From Desulfatiglans sp. (GTDB taxonomy: Bacteria; Desulfobacterota; DSM-4660; Desulfatiglandales; HGW-15): a DNA stretch of 64,000 nucleotides. The position numbers and the translations under genes were made by a program. Below are positions 38,921 to 48,903 of the stretch, one piece after another (position 1 is the first letter of the stretch; each line of letters begins with the position of its first letter). Under the pieces are notes generated by a model. It did not search any database. It was given only the letters and a program-made list of their open reading frames with translations, and was not told the origin of the DNA. The stretch spans positions 80 to 64,079 of the forward strand of contig JAAZBV010000011.1 of NCBI GenBank assembly GCA_012513605.1, given 5' to 3'.

Positions 38921-39306
38921 GGATTCTGTTTCAGAGAAGCAATCTGCAGCTCCAGTTTCTTGAGCTCTCTCAAGACCCTGTTGGTATGCAGATGGAGGCC
39001 AAACCATATCTTGCTTACCCATATCCCACATATGCAGAATGCAGTGAGCCCTCCCCATTTTAACATGTCTGCGATAACAGGGGAGACACTGAAGAACCGG
39101 ATAAGAGCAAATGCCGCAACTATCAGCAGCGCAATATTAACGATAGTAGCGAACCAGCTTATGAAGCCCAGGCTGCCCTTGTAAATCCCCAAAGCCTGTG
39201 CAGTATACTTTGGTTCTTCATTAAGCCGACCCAAAAAATCCTGATCTTCCTGTGTTAAGGTTTGATGAATGGCCTTATCCAGATTACTTGTCTCTTTATT
39301 ACTCAT
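38917..39306 (-). CDS. Small membrane protein (2-3 TM + C-terminal coiled coil) co-transcribed with the ECF sigma factor, possibly an anti-sigma or partner protein
   Basis: Overlaps the sigma-factor gene stop. Hydrophobic segments 'FISWFATIVNIALLIVAAFALI' and 'WGGLTAFCICGIWV'. Its stop codon lies inside a hairpin repeat. Confidence 0.7.
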   Translation of the reverse strand: MSNKETSNLDKAIHQTLTQEDQDFLGRLNEEPKYTAQALGIYKGSLGFISWFATIVNIALLIVAAFALIRFFSVSPVIADMLKWGGLTAFCICGIWVSKIWFGLHLHTNRVLRELKKLELQIASLKQNP

Positions 39307-39862
39307 GATCTTTTCCTCCTGTGTTCTCTTCGTTATTTTTAAAAAATGCCTTTAATTTGTTCCTCGCATGAAAGATCCTGGTTTTTACCGTGCCTGCGGG
39401 TATGTGAAGGGCGGTTGCTATTTCATTAACATTAAATCCCTCAATATAGAACAGCGCAAGTGCTGCCCTTTGTTCGCCAGGGAGCTGTTTCAGTGCCTTC
39501 TCCATATCCATCTTCAGACTCTCATCTGCCTCTCTCTCGCCTATTTGTTCATTATCGACTGTTTCATTTTGTCTGCTAGTTTTTCTTCTCCTGATCAGGT
39601 CATAACAGCGCCTGGAGACAATGGAATATGACCAGGCCGGAAACCGCGATACATCATTCAGTTTTCTAAGCCCGGCTATGATCTGGCTCCAGGCATCCTG
39701 TACCACATCCGCTGCACCTTCATGATGACCCAGGAACCTGCATGCATGGGCATAGTGGCGCGGCCACCAGCGCCTGGCCAGTTTATCAAGCGCCTGCCTG
39801 TCGCCATCCAGTGCCATTAGCACTAAAATATCGTTAAAGACCTGTTCTACTTTTCCTGACAT
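39299..39862 (-). CDS. ECF-type RNA polymerase sigma-70 factor
   Basis: Region 2 'ADVVQDAWSQI' and region 4 'NVNEIATALHIPAGTVKTRIFHARNKL'. Confidence 0.9.
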   Translation of the reverse strand: MSGKVEQVFNDILVLMALDGDRQALDKLARRWWPRHYAHACRFLGHHEGAADVVQDAWSQIIAGLRKLNDVSRFPAWSYSIVSRRCYDLIRRRKTSRQNETVDNEQIGEREADESLKMDMEKALKQLPGEQRAALALFYIEGFNVNEIATALHIPAGTVKTRIFHARNKLKAFFKNNEENTGGKDHE

Positions 39863-40441
39863 GTCAGATAATTGTCCTTTTTAACCATACAGTCGTTTGA
39901 ACGACTCAAATGGTTCAAATATTAAATGATATATTGCACCAAGTATACATTGGAGTAAATAAAACATCCTGTATTTTCACCACGGAGAGCATCCGCCTTC
40001 GCTGAAGCTATGGCGGGACAGGCGGAGAACACAGCAAAAAACAAGGGAAATTATACATAATTCAAAATTCAAGGTTCGAAAATAAAGTTTTTCATTTTTC
40101 CATCCTATGTATTCATACCCAGTCGTAATGAAGCATAGGCGCTAAAGTCCAATGTTTTTGAATTAAAATGCAACTTAAGCTCCTCTCCCTTGATGGGAGA
40201 GGTCGGGAGAGGGTGGAAAAAATAGGTAATAAAATGGTTTCGTTTATTAATCCTGGTTTCCCCCTCCCCCAGCCCCTCCCACAAGTGGAGGGAAGAGTTA
40301 AGGCTAGAGTTAAATAATCAAGAAAGATAATTTGACCCTTAATAAAAGATGGTTTAAAAAGGATGAAAAATTCGCATCTAAAGAATAAAGATATATTTTT
40401 CCGGATAACATAAAAATAGGCTTACGATAAGGAGGTCATGC

Positions 40442-41938
40442 ATGAATCAGATACTCATAGGAAAAGGCGAGCAGCAGGTACACCTTTTATCAAAGTATGG
40501 TAACCGCCACGGGCTTATTGCAGGGGCCACAGGCACGGGTAAGACTATCTCTCTTCTTCTTCTTGCCGAAGGGTTTTCACGCATGGGTGTGCCTGTATTT
40601 ATCTCTGATGTTAAAGGCGATGTAGCTGGCATTGCAGCGCCAGGCGCCATGAACGATAAGATACAGCAGAGGATCACCCAGATAGGCATTGAGGGGTATG
40701 TAAACGAACCATCCCCCTCTGTATTCTGGGATATTTATGGCAAATTGGGCCATCCTGTGCGTGTAACCATAAGTGAGATGGGGCCTGCCCTCTTAAGCCG
40801 GATACTTGAGCTGAACGATACCCAATCCGGAACCCTGGAGGTTGTCTTTAAGCTTGCAGATGAACAGGGGCTGCTTCTGCTTGACCTTAATGATTTCAGG
40901 GCCATCCTTGGCTTTATTTCCGAGAAGAGCAAGGAGGTGTCAGCGCAGTATGGCCTTGTGAGTAAACAGTCGATTGCAGCCATACAGCGTTCCCTGCTCG
41001 CCTTTGAGCGGGAAGGTGGCAACCAGATGTTCGGTGAGCCTGCACTTGATTTGACTGACATTATGCGGACTGATCTTTCGGGCAAAGGTATTATAAACAT
41101 ACTTGCCGCTGATCAGCTCATCCTGAAACCAAGGCTTTACTCCAGTTTTCTTTTGTGGCTTTTATCCGAGTTATTCGAGAATCTGCCAGAGGTGGGTGAT
41201 CTTGATAAACCCAGGCTTGTATTTTTCTTTGATGAGGCGCACCTACTGTTTGATGATGCACCTACAATTCTCCGCCAGCGTGTGGAACAGGTTGTAAGGC
41301 TTATCCGCTCAAAGGGTGTTGGCATCTACTTCTGTTCACAGCTCCCTGATGACCTGCCGGGTGAGATACTTGGCCAGATGGGTAACCGCATTCAGCATGC
41401 GCTTCGCGCCTTTACACCACGCGACCAGAAGGCAGTGAAAACCGCAGCAGAGACCTTTGCAGTTAATCCCAAGCTGGATGTAGCCTCAGTAATATCAACA
41501 CTTGGTGTGGGCGAGGCACTGGTATCTACCCTTCAGGAAAAAGGTGTACCCATGCCTGTAGAGAAAACAATCATATGTCCGCCACGATGCAGGATGGGGA
41601 CTATAACACCTGATGAGCGGGCTGCAATACGCATGAGAAGCCCTATCGGGATGAAATATGATACCCCCCTGGATCGTGAATCAGCCTATGAGATACTGAA
41701 TAGGCGGGCGCTTGAAAAGACCGAAAAATCAGAGATCAGAAAAAAAGAGGCCAAGTCGGAGAAACCGGCTGAGAAGGGGCAGGGGATGCTCGGCAATATC
41801 CTGTGGGGCACAGGCAGGCGGCAGGGCATGGTTGAAACAATGGCCAAACAGACCGTACGCACTGTAGGGAGCCAGCTAGGAAGGCAGATCGTGCGGGGCA
41901 TACTTGGAGGGATATTCGGGGGAAAAGTGGGCAGGTAA
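40442..41938 (+). CDS. DUF853/HerA-like P-loop ATPase (E. coli YjgR-type, 498 aa)
   Basis: Walker A 'IAGATGTGKT', Walker B 'LVFFFDEAHLL', basic Gly-rich C-terminal tail. AAGGAGG ribosome-binding site. Confidence 0.85.
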   Translation: MNQILIGKGEQQVHLLSKYGNRHGLIAGATGTGKTISLLLLAEGFSRMGVPVFISDVKGDVAGIAAPGAMNDKIQQRITQIGIEGYVNEPSPSVFWDIYGKLGHPVRVTISEMGPALLSRILELNDTQSGTLEVVFKLADEQGLLLLDLNDFRAILGFISEKSKEVSAQYGLVSKQSIAAIQRSLLAFEREGGNQMFGEPALDLTDIMRTDLSGKGIINILAADQLILKPRLYSSFLLWLLSELFENLPEVGDLDKPRLVFFFDEAHLLFDDAPTILRQRVEQVVRLIRSKGVGIYFCSQLPDDLPGEILGQMGNRIQHALRAFTPRDQKAVKTAAETFAVNPKLDVASVISTLGVGEALVSTLQEKGVPMPVEKTIICPPRCRMGTITPDERAAIRMRSPIGMKYDTPLDRESAYEILNRRALEKTEKSEIRKKEAKSEKPAEKGQGMLGNILWGTGRRQGMVETMAKQTVRTVGSQLGRQIVRGILGGIFGGKVGR

Positions 41939-42144
41939 CTTGATTCAGCAGAAAATATTTATAAATGGAGATATCCACCTCAGGCATCATTACCGCAAAA
42001 GCGAATTGGATGTGAGCGGACCGGTGATAGATTCATAAAGTCAGACTGACCGAAATCCATTTCATTATTATCGGCCTGGAATGTCAGTCTGAAAATTCTT
42101 TATGAACGCATAAAAATCAAATTTAACAGGCGAACATCCTTATT

Positions 42145-42660
42145 TTACGGAACCTTGTATTCCAGACCATGACAGCCACCGCAATAATTTTCCGATTTTT
42201 TATGCTGATGATGGCACTTGTTGCAGTCAGGAATCTTTCCGTCATGGGGAGAGTAATGGGGATTTATCGGGAGCCCTTTTGTTGCTTCAAGCAGGGCCTG
42301 AGGATCATTATGACATGTCTGGCACATACTTGAGTCCACAATCGTTTTGGGCTCAGTGTTTTCATGACAATCTTTGCATGTCAACCCGTTGAGCTGATGC
42401 TTATGGCTCAAAGGCATTTTCGTGCTCAGGCTTAGCTGCCCTTTAGAATGACATGAATCACAACCCTTTCCGGTCATTTTAGCTGTATCAACATGCCCCT
42501 GGGGTAAAACATCCTTTTCCTTATGGCAGACTTTACAATCACCAGGTCCAGGTTTAGCAGGAGCCTTTACAGCTACAGCGTTATCCAGCTCCTTTACGCC
42601 GCAGGAAAGAAAAAACAACAGACACAGGCCGGTAAGACATAATATGGTGTATTTGTGCAT
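42145..42660 (-). CDS. Exported hexahaem c-type cytochrome
   Basis: Six CxxCH motifs (CKVCH, CDSCH, CKDCH, CQTCH, CNKCH, CGGCH) in 171 aa. N-terminal signal, possibly a lipoprotein ('FFLSC'). Confidence 0.9.
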   Translation of the reverse strand: MHKYTILCLTGLCLLFFLSCGVKELDNAVAVKAPAKPGPGDCKVCHKEKDVLPQGHVDTAKMTGKGCDSCHSKGQLSLSTKMPLSHKHQLNGLTCKDCHENTEPKTIVDSSMCQTCHNDPQALLEATKGLPINPHYSPHDGKIPDCNKCHHQHKKSENYCGGCHGLEYKVP

Positions 42661-43015
42661 TTATTTACCCTTTAATATTGATAATGTTGATTGTAATTTT
42701 GCTTACAGTACTCACCCAGTTAATTAAAAGCTCCTGATTCGTGAGCACTATAAAGGTGATGCCCCTTTGTGTCAATTCTAAAAACTGCCGGTTCAGAAAC
42801 TGACCCTCTTCATGATTCATATCTTCAAATGTGACTTTATCCCATTCAACCGCTTCGGGGTTTTCTGACAACATTTACAGCGGTTACGATTATTTATTTT
42901 CGCCGGAAATATCATTACCAAGCTCCATTTTAGGCACCAATAACCAATTATTAGATGACCCGATCCATCTTTTCTGCTAGTATAACTCTTCTAATACTAT
43001 AAGGGTAATTTACAA

Positions 43016-43744
43016 ATGATTCGATATCTATTTATATTCATCTGGACTATCATCAGCACCATTACCCTGAGCCTTGTGGCCATATGTACTGCCTTTTTCT
43101 CCAGGAACGGAAATGGCCCCCATGAAATTGGCAGGCGGTGGGGAAAGTCTATACTATGGGTATCAGGCATCAGGATTCAGGTTAAAGGCATTGAAAACCT
43201 TGACCTATCAAAGCCCAGTGTTTTTATGTGCAATCACCAGAGCAATTTTGATATCCCCGTGCTCTTTTCTGCACTTCCTGCGCAGTTCAGGTGGATAGCC
43301 AAGGCAGAGCTTTTTAAAATACCCCTTTTCGGGCGTGCCATGCGAGGCGCTGGTTACATAAGCATAGAAAGAAAAGAGAGGAGAAAGGCCATACAGAGCC
43401 TGAGAGAGGCGGCTGAAAAGATTCGGTCAGGCGTCTCAGTAATGATATTTCCGGAGGGCACCCGAAGCCTGGATGGCAATATAGGCGAATTCAAAAAGGG
43501 GGGCTTTTTTCTTGCTTATGACGCGGGGGCGCAGATTGTTCCTATCGTGCTGAACGGGACATGGTCTATCATGTCAAAGGATTCATTAGCCATAAGACCT
43601 GGTAATGTAACCCTCTCCATACTTCCGTCTGTAAATGTTACTGATTATTCAAAGGCAGATAAATCAAGACTTATTGTGGATGTGAGAGAAAGAATAGTGA
43701 AAGAGTTTGAATCCAACAAAGCGCTCAAAGAAGGTAATCAATGA
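43016..43744 (+). CDS. plsC: 1-acyl-sn-glycerol-3-phosphate acyltransferase
   Basis: 'NHQSNFD' (HX4D) and 'FPEGTRS'. Confidence 0.9.
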   Translation: MIRYLFIFIWTIISTITLSLVAICTAFFSRNGNGPHEIGRRWGKSILWVSGIRIQVKGIENLDLSKPSVFMCNHQSNFDIPVLFSALPAQFRWIAKAELFKIPLFGRAMRGAGYISIERKERRKAIQSLREAAEKIRSGVSVMIFPEGTRSLDGNIGEFKKGGFFLAYDAGAQIVPIVLNGTWSIMSKDSLAIRPGNVTLSILPSVNVTDYSKADKSRLIVDVRERIVKEFESNKALKEGNQ

Positions 43745-44538
43745 CAAATAAAAACCCTCAGTACAGATTAATAATTGTCCTGTTATCTTTAATATTATTT
43801 ACACCCATCTCAGGCTGCAAGGCGTCTGAAAATATCAAAATAGAAAAAAGCAGTATGGTGCTTGATGTATATCCACATGACAAAAATTCACAGACAGAGG
43901 GGCTTGAACTCCATAATGGTTTTATTTATGAAGGCACAGGCCCATGCAAGGATGGCCCCTCAAGCCTGCGGAAAATCGATCTTGAGACCGGCAAGATTCT
44001 TAAATACATCTCTCTCCCCCGCCCCATTTTTGGCGAGGGAATAACAATATTTAATAACAGGATCATACAGCTTACCTACAGGTCAAAAAAAGGTTATGTC
44101 TATGACCTTGAGAGCTTCAAGCAGATAAGAACATTCAGCTATGACACTGAGGGATGGGGTCTTACCAATGATGGTAAAAATCTGATCATGAGCGACGGGA
44201 CATCCACCCTTCAGTTTCTGGACCCTGATACCTTTGAGGTGGTAAAAAGGGTGCAGGTGCATGATAAAAATGGTGAGGTGAGGGCGATTAATGAGCTTGA
44301 ATATATTAAGGGGTATATCTATGCAAATATCTTTCTGACCTCTGATATAAAAAAGATTGACCCTGAAACAGGGACAGTAGTAGACACCTTTAGCCTTAGA
44401 AGCATACTTAAAGGCCATCACAAATTCAGGGTTGATGACCCTGCAAACGGTATCGCCTATGACGCAGAAAACGATACACTGCTTGTTACAGGCAAATACT
44501 GGCCCTGTATTTACAGGATAAGGCTTTCAAGCAATTAA
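43741..44538 (+). CDS. Glutaminyl-peptide cyclotransferase (beta-propeller, plant/bacterial type), lipoprotein-like signal
   Basis: 'HDKNSQTEGLELHNGFIYEGTG', 'GEGITIFNNRIIQLTY', 'EGWGLTNDG'. Confidence 0.75.
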   Translation: MTNKNPQYRLIIVLLSLILFTPISGCKASENIKIEKSSMVLDVYPHDKNSQTEGLELHNGFIYEGTGPCKDGPSSLRKIDLETGKILKYISLPRPIFGEGITIFNNRIIQLTYRSKKGYVYDLESFKQIRTFSYDTEGWGLTNDGKNLIMSDGTSTLQFLDPDTFEVVKRVQVHDKNGEVRAINELEYIKGYIYANIFLTSDIKKIDPETGTVVDTFSLRSILKGHHKFRVDDPANGIAYDAENDTLLVTGKYWPCIYRIRLSSN

Positions 44539-44563
44539 AACCGGATCGGAAAGGAAACATATA

Positions 44564-44986
44564 ATGATTGAAAACGGCTGGCATACCACCCAGATACGGG
44601 TCAGGTACAAGGATACTGACCGCATGGGTGTGGTATATTATGGCAATTATCTTACCTTCTTTGAGGTCGGAAGGGCCGAATACATGAGGGCAGTGGGCTA
44701 CCCATATTCGGAACTGGAGGTCAAGGGATCAGCACTAGCGGTTATAGAGGCCTCTGCAAAATATATGGCAAATGTGGGTTATGATGAGGTGATCCATGTA
44801 AAGACCTGTATCGCTGAGATAGGAAGGGTAAGACTCAGGTTCAATTATGAGATTTATTCAGAGACCAATACACTTCTTGTAACAGGCTTTACTGTGCATG
44901 CGTGTATCAAAAATGATAAAAAACCGGTGCGAATACCGGATACGCTTATAAGTGCTGTAAAAAAAATTACAAATAATCAGAATTAG
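44564..44986 (+). CDS. YbgC/FadM-type acyl-CoA thioesterase (hotdog fold)
   Basis: 'IRVRYKDTDRMGVVYYGNYLTFFEVGRAEYM'. Confidence 0.88.
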   Translation: MIENGWHTTQIRVRYKDTDRMGVVYYGNYLTFFEVGRAEYMRAVGYPYSELEVKGSALAVIEASAKYMANVGYDEVIHVKTCIAEIGRVRLRFNYEIYSETNTLLVTGFTVHACIKNDKKPVRIPDTLISAVKKITNNQN

Positions 44987-45012
44987 AATATTTTGACTGG
45001 AGAAAACAGTAT

Positions 45013-45825
45013 ATGAATTTCATGGAAAAGCTAAAAACAAGGTGGCGATCATCGAACTCGCTTCTATGTGTCGGTCTTGACCCTGATATAGAAAAGATAC
45101 CGGATCATATAAGAGGCATAAATAACCCCGTATTTGAATTCAATAAGGGGGTAATTGACTCCACCCATGACCTTGTCTGCGCCTATAAACCCCAGATAGC
45201 CTATTACTCTGCATTCGGTTTAGAGGATGAGCTTACACTCACCATTGAACATGTTCATAACTACTACCCTGACATACCTGTTATACTTGATGCAAAAAGG
45301 GGAGATATCGGCGCAACTGCAAAGATGTATGCAATAGAGGCATTTGACAGGTACAGGGCAGATGCGGTTACTGTTAACCCCTACATGGGAGGCGATACCC
45401 TTGCCCCATTTATCGACAGGAAGGATAAGGGGGTTATAATACTCTGCAGGACATCAAATCCGGGTGCGATTGATCTTCAGGACATTGAGTCTGGTAATGA
45501 AAAGATATACAGTATAATAGCAAAACGCGCATCAAAGGAATGGAACTATAACAATAATATAATGCTTGTTGTGGGCGCAACATATCCTAACGAACTCGCC
45601 GAGATAAGGGCGATTGCAGGAGACATACCTTTACTTGTGCCAGGGATCGGCGCACAGGGAGGAGATGTGGAAAAGGCTGTAAAAAATGGCATTACCAATG
45701 ATAAAACCGGAATGGTGATCAATTCATCACGCGGGATCATATTTGCCGGAAGCGGTAAAAACTATACAGATGCGGTACGTAAAGCGGCAATCACACTCCG
45801 TGATGAGATAAACCTATACAGATAA
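45013..45825 (+). CDS. pyrF: Orotidine-5'-phosphate decarboxylase (type 2)
   Basis: 'LCVGLDPD', 'ILDAKRGDIGATA', 'PGIGAQGG'. Confidence 0.92.
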   Translation: MNFMEKLKTRWRSSNSLLCVGLDPDIEKIPDHIRGINNPVFEFNKGVIDSTHDLVCAYKPQIAYYSAFGLEDELTLTIEHVHNYYPDIPVILDAKRGDIGATAKMYAIEAFDRYRADAVTVNPYMGGDTLAPFIDRKDKGVIILCRTSNPGAIDLQDIESGNEKIYSIIAKRASKEWNYNNNIMLVVGATYPNELAEIRAIAGDIPLLVPGIGAQGGDVEKAVKNGITNDKTGMVINSSRGIIFAGSGKNYTDAVRKAAITLRDEINLYR

Positions 45826-45859
45826 TCATATTAACAGATGGAACATTTTAGAAAATAAA

Positions 45860-46474
45860 TTGTCAAACCTGACGAATATAAAAACTGTCGATGCAGGCAG
45901 TGCTGAAAATGATAATGACCTTATAAATGCCTTTATTAAAGGGGATCATTCAGCCTTTGAAAAGTTGGTGCTCAAATATCAGGATCGTGTATTTAACCTG
46001 TGCTGTCGCCTGCTGGGAGATAGAGATGAGGCAGAAGACTCTGCCCAGGAGGTCTTTATTAAGGTATACAGGGCATTGAAAGGATTCAGGTTTAAATCCT
46101 CCTTTTATACCTGGCTCTATAGAATTGTTATCAACACCTGTAAAAACAGGATAAAATCTGTTGAATACAGGAGTATAAAATCAAGGGTCTCCATTGACAG
46201 CGACCAGGAAAACAGAGGCAATACAATCGTTGACATAGTTGACCAGAGGCCAATGCAGGATAAGACCCTTGAACAAAAGGAAAAGATGAAAAGGGTACAG
46301 GAGGCATTAAACAGCCTGCCGCCTGATCAAAAAACAGTTATTGTGCTCTGTGATATTGAGGGGCTCTCATATGATGAGATTGCAGGTATTACAAAAACCA
46401 GGCTGGGGACAGTAAAATCAAAGATTTCAAGGGCAAGGCTTGGCTTAAGAAACAAACTTGAGGGGATAATATAA
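45860..46474 (+). CDS. ECF sigma factor (sigmaE/sigma-24-like)
   Basis: 'AEDSAQEVFIKVY' and 'SYDEIAGITKTRLGTVKSKISRARLGL'. TTG start in the track. Confidence 0.9.
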   Translation: MSNLTNIKTVDAGSAENDNDLINAFIKGDHSAFEKLVLKYQDRVFNLCCRLLGDRDEAEDSAQEVFIKVYRALKGFRFKSSFYTWLYRIVINTCKNRIKSVEYRSIKSRVSIDSDQENRGNTIVDIVDQRPMQDKTLEQKEKMKRVQEALNSLPPDQKTVIVLCDIEGLSYDEIAGITKTRLGTVKSKISRARLGLRNKLEGII

Positions 46475-46475
46475 A

Positions 46476-47306
46476 ATGGAATGCGCAAAGATAAAATCTC
46501 TTCTATCAGAATATATGGATAAGGCATTTGATAATGATACTGTTAAAGAGGTCAAGGAGCACCTGCTTTCATGCAAGGATTGCAGCCGTGAATATTTCAA
46601 ACTTAAATCCATTACAGAAGAGTTGAGCTCCATGGAAAGGTACAGGGCTCCTTCAAATCTCCTCAATAAAGTCAACATTGCTATCCAGAAGAGGCCCTGG
46701 TATTTAAGGCTCCCTGACTATATTCCGGGTTCAGGAGGATTCAGGTTACCAATGGAGTATGTAACCCTTGCTGCAACGGCTGTGCTTGTTGTTTTTATCT
46801 TTACCAGCATCTACATTGACAATGAAAAGGATAATATGATTGCAGGTTCAGGCGGCAACAGACAATTTTTAGGGTCAAATACCGGCCCCAGCGCTGTATC
46901 AGTTGAACCTTTAGAGCTTCAATTTATCCCTGTAAGCCGAAAGGGGTCTGGTACGGTTTCAGCAGATAATCTGTTTTCAGTTTCATCAGGCAAGCCATCC
47001 CGCGACTTGCAGCTCCCTGATATTCTTAAAATGATGGATATGGACTCCCCTATCCTGAAAAATCAAAAAATTATATCAAGCCTTAATGAGTTGATCACGA
47101 AAGCAGGAGGGGATATAGTATTAAAGGAGCATAAGGGTGCAGCCGAAAACATAGATGCAATTACAGTAAGCATCCCTAAAAAAAGTTATGATTCTTTTAT
47201 ACAGGGGGCAGAAGAGATAGGGAGATTTCACCCCCCCGCCCCTGCATTGACTGGCAAGAGCGCTGATCAGGTTCTTGTGCGCATAAGATTTAATGTCAAT
47301 GAATAG
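46476..47306 (+). CDS. Anti-sigma factor (zf-HC2, single TM)
   Basis: 'EHLLSCKDC' (Hx3Cx2C), a central TM segment, and it sits immediately after the sigma-factor gene. Confidence 0.85.
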   Translation: MECAKIKSLLSEYMDKAFDNDTVKEVKEHLLSCKDCSREYFKLKSITEELSSMERYRAPSNLLNKVNIAIQKRPWYLRLPDYIPGSGGFRLPMEYVTLAATAVLVVFIFTSIYIDNEKDNMIAGSGGNRQFLGSNTGPSAVSVEPLELQFIPVSRKGSGTVSADNLFSVSSGKPSRDLQLPDILKMMDMDSPILKNQKIISSLNELITKAGGDIVLKEHKGAAENIDAITVSIPKKSYDSFIQGAEEIGRFHPPAPALTGKSADQVLVRIRFNVNE

Positions 47307-47390
47307 GATTATTTTAAGGAACATTTATATAAGTCTTTATGTCTAAGGCACCAGTATCAAGATGATATTAACCTAGAAAAGGAGCATCAA

Positions 47391-48836
47391 ATGAAAAATA
47401 GATATATAACACAATACATAAGTACATGCCTTAAAAGAAGTGTAATAGCCTCTGGCATTGCCATTCTGTTTACCATTTTTATTCTACCGGTCGGGACAAG
47501 TGTATCGGCTAAACCCGCTCCGGATAGCTTTTCCGGCCTGGTAAAGGAGGCCAGCCCATCTGTAGTCTATATCAGCACTAAGAAGACAATAAAGCAGAGG
47601 TTCCTCTCCCCATTCGGTCAGAACGACCCCTTAAGGGAGTTCTTTGAAAAATTCTATGGTGACCGTTTTCCAAGAGACAGGCCTCAAAGCGGACTTGGAA
47701 CAGGCTTTATCATAGATAAAGAGGGTTATATACTTACCAATAATCATGTTGTTGAAATGGCTGACGAGATCAAGGTGACCCTTGAAGACAAAAGTGAATT
47801 TGAGGCAAAGATAGTTGGCCGTGACCCTGAGACTGACATTGCACTTATCAGGATAGAGGGTGCAAAAAATTTGAAGGCATTGAAACTGGGTGACTCTGAC
47901 CTGATGGATGTAGGAGACTGGGTTGTAGCAATAGGAAACCCATACGGACTTGGAAACACGGTAACAGCAGGTATTGTAAGCGCAAAACACAGGAATAATG
48001 TGGGCATAGGCACATTTGATAATTTTTTACAGACAGATGCATCTATTAATCCCGGTAACAGCGGCGGCCCTTTGATTAATATTAATGGTGATGTTATAGG
48101 CATAAATTCAGCTATCTATTCACAGACAGGTGGAAGCGTTGGTATAGGTTTTGCCATCCCGATCAATATGGCAAAGGACCTGCTTCCCATGCTTAAAACA
48201 GGCAAGATAGTGAGAGGCTATCTTGGTGTAGGGGTGCAGGACATAACTCCTGATCTGAAGGAACAATTCAAACTTGAGAGCGAAAATGGCGCCCTTATTA
48301 CGCAGATATATCCTGACGGCCCGTCTGAAAAGGCAGGACTGAAAAGAGATGATGTTATAATATCCTTCATGGGCAAGGAGATCAAAGACTCAAAAAGGCT
48401 ACCCTATCTTGTCTCTGCAACCCCTGTCGGTACAGAGGCAGAGGTAGTTGTAATAAGAAAGGGAGAGAGAAAGACCTTCAGTGTAAAGCTGGGAGAGAGG
48501 CCGCCATCCGATGAGGAGGGAGTTGTAAAAGAGTCATCAAGCATGAACCTTGGGATGTCAATAGAGGCACTTACAGAAGAAAAGGCAAGAAGATATGGAA
48601 TAGCTGACAGCGAAGGTATACTTGTGCTGGATGTTGAATATAACTCACCTGCCGCAGAGGCGGGTTTAAGGCAGGGCGACATCATACTGGAGGTTGACCG
48701 CATAAAGATAAAGACTGAGAATGATTTTGAGGCAAAACTCAAGTCATACAGACCTGGAGACAAATTGCTGCTTCTTGTAAAACGCGGGAAATCACAAATA
48801 TATACAACTCTGAGGGTCTCGAAGGATAAACAATAA
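47391..48836 (+). CDS. Do/DegP/HtrA-family periplasmic serine protease with two PDZ domains
   Basis: 'TNNHVV', 'DIALIRI', 'GNSGGPL'. Signal or anchor sequence. Confidence 0.93.
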   Translation: MKNRYITQYISTCLKRSVIASGIAILFTIFILPVGTSVSAKPAPDSFSGLVKEASPSVVYISTKKTIKQRFLSPFGQNDPLREFFEKFYGDRFPRDRPQSGLGTGFIIDKEGYILTNNHVVEMADEIKVTLEDKSEFEAKIVGRDPETDIALIRIEGAKNLKALKLGDSDLMDVGDWVVAIGNPYGLGNTVTAGIVSAKHRNNVGIGTFDNFLQTDASINPGNSGGPLININGDVIGINSAIYSQTGGSVGIGFAIPINMAKDLLPMLKTGKIVRGYLGVGVQDITPDLKEQFKLESENGALITQIYPDGPSEKAGLKRDDVIISFMGKEIKDSKRLPYLVSATPVGTEAEVVVIRKGERKTFSVKLGERPPSDEEGVVKESSSMNLGMSIEALTEEKARRYGIADSEGILVLDVEYNSPAAEAGLRQGDIILEVDRIKIKTENDFEAKLKSYRPGDKLLLLVKRGKSQIYTTLRVSKDKQ

Positions 48837-48854
48837 CCTGATTAGAAAAACAAA

Positions 48855-48892
48855 AGCCCCTTTGCCTGTGCAATGGTAAAGGGGCTTTTTTT
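48855..48892. terminator. Bidirectional rho-independent terminator between degP-like and aspS
   Basis: 'aaaagcccctttgcc-tgtgcaat-ggtaaaggggcttttttt', a GC-rich stem flanked by A- and T-runs between convergent genes. Confidence 0.8.
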
Positions 48893-48903
48893 ATGGGAAA
48901 AAA

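Noticed and set aside
41990-42110. Long imperfect hairpin 'tcataaagtcagactgac...gtcagtctgaaaattctttatga' between the convergent DUF853 and cytochrome genes.
   Set aside because: It is probably just a convergent-gene terminator structure. It is a single copy with no further distinguishing features.
42665-42874. 69-aa ORF immediately upstream of the cytochrome c gene.
   Set aside because: No Shine-Dalgarno sequence, a stop codon directly upstream, and no motif. It could be a real small acidic protein, but I cannot support it.
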